A program made the translations under genes and the position numbers. Below the pieces are notes generated by a model. It did not search any database, had not been told where the DNA came from, and saw only the letters and a program-made list of their open reading frames with translations. Below are positions 12,022-20,000 of a DNA stretch of 20,000 bases, in pieces; position 1 is the stretch's first letter, and the number at the start of each line of letters is the position of its first letter. The stretch spans positions 62,686 through 82,685 of the forward strand of contig MU053410.1 in assembly GCA_013239625.1 (NCBI GenBank), read 5' to 3'. Origin of the DNA: Lama guanicoe (taxonomy: Eukaryota).

Positions 12022-12474
12022 CTGAGAGTGGCAGCTGCAGGGCTTGGTGAAGGATGGGCCAACTTCCCTTCCCAGCCACCCTGGCCCATCGTCCCCCACC
12101 ACGCACCCTGGGGTGGCTCCCTCTGTCCTTCCTGCCTCTTGTCTCTGCTTCCCCCTACCTGGTGTCCTCTCTTGTCACCTCCTGTCCCTCTCTAGGACTT
12201 GACCCCCACCTTTCTCTCACTCACACACTGTCTCTTCTTGCTTGTGTCTTTCTCTGACTCTCCCCTAGGCCGTTGGGCCCTGAGCTCAGGTCTAGCCCTG
12301 TCCAGGGCCACAGGGCCACAGGGCCACATCTCTCCCAGCCCTCCCACCCTCACAGCGAAGTTCCAGCCCCAGCCCTGCTCACAGTGGAGGAGCCCGGTTA
12401 CGGAGCTGCTCCTGCTGGCATTTACTGCTGCACCGCTGTTCCCCCCGCCTTCCCGGGCAGCACAGCAATCTCAC

Positions 12475-12665
12475 CTTGACCTGTTTGTGGCCCAGCCTGG
12501 ACCCCAGAGCTGCTGTAGGGCTGGCTGCCTCCCCCGCCTGGAAGGAGGGAGGGCCCCGCGGGCTCCAGGGACAGCTGGCGCAGAGTGGAGTGGACTCTTT
12601 TTATACCCAACACCTTCTCCCTGGCAGTGGTGGCGCCCCACCCTCTGACCCTGCCCCGCCCACCT
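12475..12665 (-). promoter_or_regulatory. TATA-box promoter with GC/CACCC boxes and an ~100-nt candidate non-coding first exon
   Basis: Minus strand reads ggtgggcggggcagggtcagagggtggggcg...ggTATAAAAAg (12605-12598), followed ~125 nt later by donor AAG|gtgaga (12475/12474). Confidence 0.5.
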
Positions 12666-12874
12666 CAGAGTCAGGAGGCTGTGGGAGAATGAAGGGCGCT
12701 CACGGGGCTCACTGAGAGCACTGCCGCCCTCAGCCCCCCTCAGGGTCTGCCTGGAGCCGGGGGCTGCTGGGCAGCTGACGCGGGGCGGGGGCACGGGCCT
12801 GGTCAGTGCAGGGCCTCTCGCTGGACGCCCATGGCCCCCCCTGCACCTCATCCGTTCCTCACCATGAGACACGG

Positions 12875-13150
12875 CCACTTCATTCTGGTCATCTAGCTCA
12901 CGACCGGACACCCCTGTGACTGACAGGCCCCACATGCCCAGTGAGTGTTTACAGACTGAAGCAGCACAGCCATCACTAGATCTAGACACAGGCTGTACCC
13001 ACCACCCAGGAGGAGCCCCGGGGCCCCTGTGGTCACTGCTGCCCTGAAGGGGTAACCTTGCGTCTGCCCTGTCATCCTAGTTCCTGCTGGTTTGTGAGTT
13101 GTGTGCCCGTGAATCACTGCATGCCCTCAAGAGGGTGTGACCACTGGTCC
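12875..13150 (-). mobile_element. possible very old, GC-shifted L1M 3'-end remnant
   Basis: Minus-strand tgtgtctagatctagtgatggctgtgc...tctgtaaacactcactggg...gtgagctagatgaccagaatgaag loosely follows the L1MC/L1ME terminal layout. Confidence 0.35.
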
Positions 13151-13288
13151 TCCAGGAAGCAGGCACTGACACAGAGAGAACGGTGACAGATTCATTAGGG
13201 GTGACAATAGGAGGGAACAGAGGCGGCGGCAGGATGGAGCAGCAAAACATTCGGGCCGTAATGCACCTCTGAAATCTTCTCTTACACA

Positions 13289-13495
13289 TCATTGCCACAG
13301 CTGAGAGGCCTCTTCAGGTGTCAAATGAGACTGTGCTCTGTAACTTGTGCCGGTGACTGAGACCTCAGAGGCCACAAGGGGGGTGGGGGTGGCGGTGATG
13401 AATACCATCTGAGAATTGGTGCTGGGTGTCCCAGGGGGGCAAGACACACCAGGTGGTCCTGGACAAGTACCGGGACGTCTGGAATTCACTGGGAC
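13289..13495 (-). CDS. unidentified spliced gene, exon D (last coding exon; VPVNSRRPGTCPGPPG...EEASQLWQ*)
   Basis: Acceptor ctctctcttctgttctgcag|GTC; phase 0; 68 codons then TGA; in frame with the preceding exon C. Confidence 0.65.
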   Translation of the reverse strand, partial: VPVNSRRPGTCPGPPGVSCPPGTPSTNSQMVFITATPTPLVASEVSVTGTSYRAQSHLTPEEASQLWQ

Positions 13496-15050
13496 CTGCA
13501 GAACAGAAGAGAGAGCTGTGTTGGATGACAGACAAAAGGAAAACACCTACAGAACCTGAAATGCAATGCAGCAGCTGTCAGCACCGGGCACCCTCCCCTC
13601 CACCGGGTGCCCAGACAGCAGCACAGGGCCACACACTCGACCTTGGGGATAAAACACTGTTGCCACACGATACCACCGGTGTCTGTAAGTGGAGGAAGGC
13701 GAGAGTCCTGCGCCTGAGACGACGTGCAGAGGTTCCAGCAAATTGATAAAGTAGGGCCTCCCAAACAGGAAGCCTCTCTGTGCAGGACAACCCACCCTGA
13801 CACCTCCCCAGCTCCACAGAAGCATGGTCTGCATGAACCAGAAACACAGAGAAAGAAAGGAAGTAAAGGCCTGGTTTTCCGCACATAGAATCAGAGCTGC
13901 ACCTGGGTAGTTGCTCTGCCTGCAGGACCCTGCCAGACCCTCTCTACTTCCTGCTCACAAAGGGCCCTCCTGCGCCATGCAGGAGCTGCCCCTGGGCGCA
14001 ATGAGTTCTGAGGAGCTGGGCGTCCCACAGTCCTGTGGGGGAGCTGGCAAAGTGATTCTGAGGGGGCAAGGCTGTCCTCAGAAGGGAGTCAGGCTCTGCT
14101 ACAATCATCCTTATTCTCAGGGATGTCTGGATTTTAAGTTCGCTAGGAAAAGCACACTACGTTTGTCCTTTGGTAAAGTGAAGGGGGAAGTCTCAATCCT
14201 GCAAATAACACCAACGGGATTTTAGCTCATGGAAAATCCCACGGTGTGTGATGAGACAGAGGAGCAGCTCTGACAGCTTACAGGGCAGAACCGACCCAGT
14301 GTGGGATAGAGAACATGATGCCAGGACTGTGGTGCGAATTGGTCCTGCAGAGAAGTAGGCATTTTCACTGCGGGCTCTCTCCCTTCCAGCCTCTATTCCC
14401 TACTATAAATGCACCATCTCTAAGAGTCAGGCTTTTCTGCCCAGAGTACCACTGGAGGCAGCGGCCAAGACACACTTACCTCCCGAGAAAAGACAAGTGA
14501 CGGGCTGTGACACCTACCACACCCAGGAAGACTCAGAGTTGCACACAGCACACGGTACAAAGCTGGAGGGCGGGCTTTGCCCCTTTTCAGTCACCGGGAT
14601 CTGAATGGACATTCTGAACTGGAGAATCACCTGGCCTGAGCCGGGGAACCAGTCAAAAGAATGACGACACAGAAGCCCGTCTCAGTGACCCAGGAGCAAC
14701 CCCAGGTGCAGGAGGTCAGGAAGGAGTCAGCCGAGCCACGAGAAGTCAGTGTGGAGCGAGGGCTCACCCTCCTCACACTGTTTCGAGAAACCCACAGTCA
14801 GAGTCTGTGGGCCCCGGCTTCTAAGCACTCCCTCATGGCTTCTGCAGGCACCACCCAAGGTGACGGGCACCCGGGACAAGCAGCCCACAATCTCCTAGGC
14901 AAGCGTTTGAGTCTGAAAAGGCAGCGACACGCCGCGCCAGATCCGTCACAAACACCCAGTCTACAGACGAGGCAAGGAACGGCTGCCGGGAAAACAGGAA
15001 GATCACCTTTCCCAGGACGACGTCCAACAGAGTACGACCACCCCACTTAC

Positions 15051-15124
15051 CTGGGCCTCCGGGGCCGCCGCAGGTGGGCTGGCGTTGCCGGGCCACACCG
15101 GAGCCGCACCAGGTCCCATGTCGG
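15051..15124 (-). CDS. exon C (74 bp; ADMGPGAAPVWPGNASPPAAAPEAQ)
   Basis: Branch-like cctaac, acceptor ccttttctgtggtttttag|, donor CAG|gtaagt; phase 1 to 0; open. Confidence 0.75.
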
Positions 15125-15230
15125 CTAAAAACCACAGAAAAGGATGGAGGGTTAGGCTTTCCTGCAAAGACACTGCTGAAGCAAAACAAAACCTTTGCCC
15201 CTTCCTTCCTTCCTTCCCCGTATCACACTC

Positions 15231-15324
15231 GTTTCTTGGAGGAACTGGATACTGACCCCAGGAACTCCTGCATGCTAAGCATGCATTCTGTCTACTGCTG
15301 AGCTGTGTGTATACCTTTCCCCCC
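15231..15324 (-). mobile_element. Vic-1-like tRNA-derived SINE
   Basis: Reverse complement ggggggaaaggtata...gctcagcagtag...gcatgcttagcatgcaggagttcctggggtcagtatccagttcctcc resembles camelid Vic-1, with degenerate A and B boxes. Confidence 0.8.
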
Positions 15325-15384
15325 GGAGCACACTAGCTTCTAGGCACAGAGAAAAAGAAATGCCATCCACGTTCACTAACTTAC

Positions 15385-15559
15385 CCAGTGTGTCAGCTGC
15401 GTGCGCTCCACCGACAGAGGTCAGCGTGTTATGATCCGTTAGTTCCTGCGGAGCAGCGTCTACAGTCCCAGAAACGCGTTGTCGTTTTTTGTTTCTTTTT
15501 TTCTTTCTCGGGGTTTTTTTGGATTCTGCTTTTGTGGCTTCGGGCTCACTTGCCCTCTC
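15385..15559 (-). CDS. exon B1 (175 bp; ERASEPEATKAESKKTPRKKKRNKKRQRVSG...AADTL)
   Basis: Acceptor tcttgttttgtgttcctag|, donor TGG|gtaagt; phase 0 to 1; open across several A homopolymers. Confidence 0.75.
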
Positions 15560-16421
15560 CTAGGAACACAAAACAAGACAGAACAAGAACCGAACTTCAG
15601 AAACCATCATGTTCGTACACTTGGTCAGTCAGTCAGGAGGACAACAGTTATTTACCGTAGCCATCAGATCATAAGCCCTATCCTGGCAGAAGCTGGCAGG
15701 ACAAATGAAAGGCAGATTCTCCTCTCTGTTCTGCCAGAGGCACAGCATCCATGAAAACAAATCAGCACAGAAAAGTTTCTACAGCTCTACAACTGAGGTG
15801 AACGGGTACAGTAACGCCGCAAAGGACAGGAGAGTCCGCTGCACGTGGACAGCTCAGGGAATGCTGGGAAGACCGCACTGTTTCGCAAAAGAGTGATCCA
15901 GTGCAGAGCGGGGATGTGGAGGGGCTTTGGGGAAGGGCAGCCTGAGTAAAAGGAGCAGGTGGGAAAGAGCGTAAGGCATTAAGAAAACTAGAACACTGTT
16001 ACTGGCGGTGGAATGGAAAGGCAAAACATGCTGCCTTCAAAATGAAACATCGCTTAATTAATGTCAAGTGAGGACGGCTAAAACAAGCACCAACTTCAAG
16101 ATACACCTAACTTTCCCAGGGATGAATTTCTTTCCAATATCCTCTAAATAAACTGTAACGGAGAGACCCTGAAAAAAAGAATTCACATACAGACACTGGT
16201 TTTCACTAGGTGAGTCTGGAAAATTAACACCAGTGCATTATCCAGTCCTATGGCATTAAGCACACAATCACATCCTAAATTGTAAGTTAAACGTATGTCA
16301 AAAATTCTCATCAGCAAATGCAAACGTGAAAATGCACACTCACACCAACCACCGGTTTATGTTTCAGAATCCCCTGATACTTATGTATTCACACAAGGAC
16401 ATTAACAACAAGAGACAGTAC

Positions 16422-16483
16422 CTCCTTAGCAGAGGAAGATCCTTCTCCTCTCTCTTCTCCAAAGTGGCGCACTGACACACCAT
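16422..16483 (-). CDS. exon A1 (62 bp; DGVSVRHFGEERGEGSSSAKE)
   Basis: Branch point cactaac, acceptor cattttgcag|, donor GAG|gtactg; phase 1 to 0; open. Confidence 0.7.
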
Positions 16484-16754
16484 CTGCAAAATGCAGTTAC
16501 AGGTACGTTAGTGAGAATATTCACGAATGTAAACTAAAACCACCATATGCGTCTATCTCCGTCCGTGGATATGTCAAAACAAAAGTGGCAGAAAAGAATT
16601 TCAAAGAGTTAGCGCATTCTCTGAAACACACGCTTAAGTCACGGTTCGGATATATTTCAAACCAAGTAGTAAGAGGAAAACACGCAAAAAGAATGGGCAT
16701 CGAAGTTGGATTTGCACACTTCGTATTTCTAACATTTGAAGTTGTTTTTGTCCG

Positions 16755-16852
16755 TTTTTTTTCTTTTTTTAAATGGAGGTACTGGGAACGAGCACATGGA
16801 ATTCTGCACGCTAAGCCAGCATTCTATTTACCACTAACCTATGTCCTTCCCC
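16755..16852 (-). mobile_element. Vic-1-like SINE with A tail
   Basis: Reverse complement ggggaaggacataggttagtggtaaatagaatgctggcttagcgtgcag...cccagtacctccattt followed by an A-rich tail. Confidence 0.75.
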
Positions 16853-16983
16853 GAGTAAACTAGCTTCTCGGCATACATAAAACAAAATACAAAAAACTCT
16901 TTCACTGTTTGCTACCTTACAAGACATGTTAGTTTGCTGAAGCACAAAAGATCTTTTGAGGCTTTCTTCCCCGTATCGCACTC

Positions 16984-17077
16984 GTTTCTTGGAGGAACTG
17001 GATACTGACCCCAGGAACTCCTGCATGCTAAGCATGCATTCTGTCTACTGCTGAGCTGTGTGTATACCTTTCCCCCC
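16984..17077 (-). mobile_element. Vic-1-like SINE (duplicate of 15231-15324)
   Basis: Copied within the tandem duplication. Confidence 0.8.
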
Positions 17078-17136
17078 GGAGCACACTAGCTTCTCGCACA
17101 GAGAAAAAGAAATGCCATCCACGTTCACTAACTTAC

Positions 17137-17311
17137 CCAGTGTGTCAGCTGCGTGCGCTCCACCGACAGAGGTCAGCGTGTTATGATCCGTTAGTTCCTG
17201 CGGAGCAGCGTCTACAGTCCCAGAAACGCGTTGTCGTTTTTTGTTTCTTTTTTTCTTTCTCGGGGTTTTTTTGGATTCTGCTTTCGTGGCTTCGGGCTCA
17301 CTTGCCCTCTC
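17137..17311 (-). CDS. exon B2 (duplicate of B1)
   Basis: Same splice sites as B1. The one difference I found is synonymous in this frame (ACG vs ACA, Thr). Confidence 0.72.
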
Positions 17312-18173
17312 CTAGGAACACAAAACAAGACAGAACAAGAACCGAACTTCAGAAACCATCATGTTCGTACACTTGGTCAGTCAGTCAGGAGGACAACAGT
17401 TATTTACCGTAGCCATCAGATCATAAGCCCTATCCTGGCAGAAGCTGGCAGGACAAATGAAAGGCAGATTCTCCTCTCTGTTCTGCCAGAGGCACAGCAT
17501 CCATGAAAACAAATCAGCACAGAAAAGTTTCTACAGCTCTACAACTGAGGTGAACGGGTACAGTAACGCCGCAAAGGACAGGAGAGTCCGCTGCACGTGG
17601 ACAGCTCAGGGAATGCTGGGAAGACCGCACTGTTTCGCAAAAGAGTGATCCAGTGCAGAGCGGGGATGTGGAGGGGCTTTGGGGAAGGGCAGCCTGAGTA
17701 AAAGGAGCAGGTGGGAAAGAGCGTAAGGCATTAAGAAAACTAGAACACTGTTACTGGCGGTGGAATGGAAAGGCAAAACATGCTGCCTTCAAAATGAAAC
17801 ATCGCTTAATTAATGTCAAGTGAGGACGGCTAAAACAAGCACCAACTTCAAGATACACCTAACTTTCCCAGGGATGAATTTCTTTCCAATATCCTCTAAA
17901 TAAACTGTAACGGAGAGACCCTGAAAAAAAGAATTCACATACAGACACTGGTTTTCACTAGGTGAGTCTGGAAAATTAACACCAGTGCATTATCCAGTCC
18001 TATGGCATTAAGCACACAATCACATCCTAAATTGTAAGTTAAACGTATGTCAAAAATTCTCATCAGCAAATGCAAACGTGAAAATGCACACTCACACCAA
18101 CCACCGGTTTATGTTTCAGAATCCCCTGATACTTATGTATTCACACAAGGACATTAACAACAAGAGACAGTAC

Positions 18174-18235
18174 CTCCTTAGCAGAGGAAGATCCTTCTCC
18201 TCTCTCTTCTCCAAAGTGGCGCACTGACACACCAT
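18174..18235 (-). CDS. exon A2 (duplicate of A1)
   Basis: Identical to A1 at offset 1752. Confidence 0.7.
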
Positions 18236-18506
18236 CTGCAAAATGCAGTTACAGGTACGTTAGTGAGAATATTCACGAATGTAAACTAAAACCACCATAT
18301 GCGTCTATCTCCGTCCGTGGATATGTCAAAACAAAAGTGGCAGAAAAGAATTTCAAAGAGTTAGCGCATTCTCTGAAACACACGCTTAAGTCACGGTTCG
18401 GATATATTTCAAACCAAGTAGTAAGAGGAAAACACGCAAAAAGAATGGGCATCGAAGTTGGATTTGCACACTTCGTATTTCTAACATTTGAAGTTGTTTT
18501 TGTCCG

Positions 18507-18604
18507 TTTTTTTTCTTTTTTTAAATGGAGGTACTGGGAACGAGCACATGGAATTCTGCACGCTAAGCCAGCATTCTATTTACCACTAACCTATGTCCTT
18601 CCCC
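18507..18604 (-). mobile_element. Vic-1-like SINE (duplicate of 16755-16852)
   Basis: Copied within the tandem duplication. Confidence 0.75.
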
Positions 18605-19166
18605 GAGTAAACTAGCTTCTCGGCATACATAAAACAAAATACAAAAAACTCTTTCACTGTTCGCTACCTTACAAGACATGTTAGTTTGCTGAAGCACAAA
18701 AGGTCTTTTGAGGCTTTCTTCCCCGTGTCGCACTAAGTCTCACATCAGACCGAGTGGGAGACAGGTCTCAGGACCCTGAGGGAGAGACCACAGGCCACGG
18801 GTTCGGGTGTTTCTTCCATAACCAATCATCGGCTGTGGAAGGTCAGGGCTCCACTCACCGCAGACAATGACAGGGGCGGGCTTCTCGTCCCGGGAGCCTG
18901 GAACGTGGTCTCTGTCGAGGGCCCGTGTGCAGAACCGACACGTCTGCCCTCCGTCAGAGGACCCCCTTTCCCTCTGCAAAAGACACCTCCCTCCCCAGGG
19001 CAGGACGCAGAAGATGCGGTCCATCAAGTGCGTCTGCTAAGGGACCAGAGGGACACGGCCGTGAGCCCAGTCAGGGCCACCTGTGCAAGGGGAAGCCCTG
19101 GAGAACGATCAGCCCTTCTTCTGCAGTGACTCAAGGAAGAAACAGAGACATATGCTTTCCTCTTAC

Positions 19167-19332
19167 CGAGCGGAGCAGCTGCTGGTGGTGGGTGAGGCTG
19201 TGCAGGGCACCCAGGGGGCCCAGGTGCAGGTGCCCCGCTGGGCGACGTCAGGCCGCACACGGGGCCGCACACGGGGAAGCCCACATGACATGGTCCTTGG
19301 AAAGGTTCAGGCCCTCCACCACACAGGGTGAC
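19167..19332 (-). CDS. exon D' (166 bp; VTLCGGGPEPFQGPCHVGFPVCGPVCG...PPPAAAPL)
   Basis: Acceptor ctctcccttctgtcctgcag|GTC is paralogous to that of exon D. Donor TCG|gtaaga; phase 0 to 1; open; contains an in-frame 12-bp duplication. Confidence 0.7.
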
Positions 19333-20000
19333 CTGCAGGACAGAAGGGAGAGCTGGGTTGGATGACAGACAAGAAGCGCCGACACCGACAAAAGGCGACA
19401 CCCAACGCAGCAGCTGTCGGCACCGGGCACCCTCCCCTCCACCGGGTGCCCAGACAGCAGCACGGTGCCACACGCTCCACCCAGCCCTCTGGGGCCTGCC
19501 CGCAGCCTGGGCCGCACAGGAGGACACGGGGATANNNNNNNNNNNNNNNNNNNNNNNNNNNNNNNNNNNNNNNNNNNNNNNNNNNNNNNNNNNNNNNNNN
19601 NNNNNNNNNNNNNNNNNNNNNNNNNNNNNNNNNNNNNNNNNNNNNNNNNNNNNNNNNNNNNNNNNNNNNNNNNNNNNNNNNNNNNNNNNNNNNNNNNNNN
19701 NNNNNNNNNNNNNNNNNNNNNNNNNNNNNNNNNNNNNNNNNNNNNNNNNNNNNNNNNNNNNNNNNNNNNNNNNNNNNNNNNNNNNNNNNNNNNNNNNNNN
19801 NNNNNNNNNNNNNNNNNNNNNNNNNNNNNNNNNNNNNNNNNNNNNNNNNNNNNNNNNNNNNNNNNNNNNNNTGCGCTACAACCTATCCTCAGGGACGTCT
19901 GGATTTTACGTTCGCTACGGAACGCACCCTACCTGCGTCCTACGGGACAGTGACGTGGGGAGTCTCAATCCCACACCTGACACCAAAGGGACTGGACTGT
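19330..20000. repeat. older diverged paralogue of ~13490-14230
   Basis: 19330-19480 aligns with 13493-13640, and 19872-20000 aligns with ~14095-14228; offset about 5.8 kb. Confidence 0.92.
19535..19871. other. assembly gap
   Basis: Run of 337 N. Confidence 1.

Larger units (their letters stand above)
15213..18734. repeat. direct tandem duplication, unit 1752-1753 bp (15213-16965 and 16966-18717, plus terminal homology)
   Basis: Repeated ORF-track entries at offset 1752. I found about 6 differences by eye. The motif cttccccgtRtcRcact lies at 15213, 16966 and 18718. Confidence 0.98.

Noticed and set aside
13426..13546. KRAB-like look of LDKYRDVWNSL
   Set aside because: Only a short YRDV coincidence with no other KRAB-A residues or zinc fingers. 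The opposite strand has the supported exon.
14470..14640. Strong minus-strand donor GAG|gtaagt near 14479
   Set aside because: I found no convincing acceptor giving a coding-like, phase-compatible exon.
15231..15324. tRNA gene
   Set aside because: Degenerate A and B boxes and no cloverleaf; better explained as a tRNA-derived SINE.
15388..18615. Plus-strand ORFs repeated in the duplication
   Set aside because: They are antisense shadows of exon B or intron/SINE sequence, repeated only because the DNA is duplicated.
19465..19953. 162-aa ORF
   Set aside because: Artefact of translating through the N gap.
1..20000. CRISPR array or prokaryotic defence system
   Set aside because: The sequence is mammalian, with no repeat-spacer array or operon structure.

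Overview
Mammalian genomic DNA, very probably camelid, judged from the L1 3' UTR type and four Vic-1-like tRNA-derived SINEs. The window reads as a mosaic of duplicated segments. (1) 1-4470 is LINE/MIR-rich DNA. (2) 4471-11607 is a non-processed, coding-dead copy of the 5' end of MAPK1 (ERK2): CpG-island promoter, exon 1 with the start codon deleted and frameshifts, an intact GTGAGT donor, then intron-like DNA full of old antisense L1. (3) 11608-12870 is a GC-rich block with a TATA promoter and two candidate exons on the minus strand. (4) 13289-19332 is a minus-strand spliced gene the ORF track misses: seven GT-AG exons with matching phases give an uninterrupted 306-aa C-terminal frame, Pro/Gly-rich with Lys/Arg clusters, which I cannot assign to a family. 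It appears to be growing by exon-module duplication: a near-identical 1752-bp tandem duplication adds an in-frame 79-codon exon doublet, and an older diverged duplication is also visible. An N gap lies at 19535-19871. Repeat names and the MAPK1 match come from remembered sequences, not from database searches.
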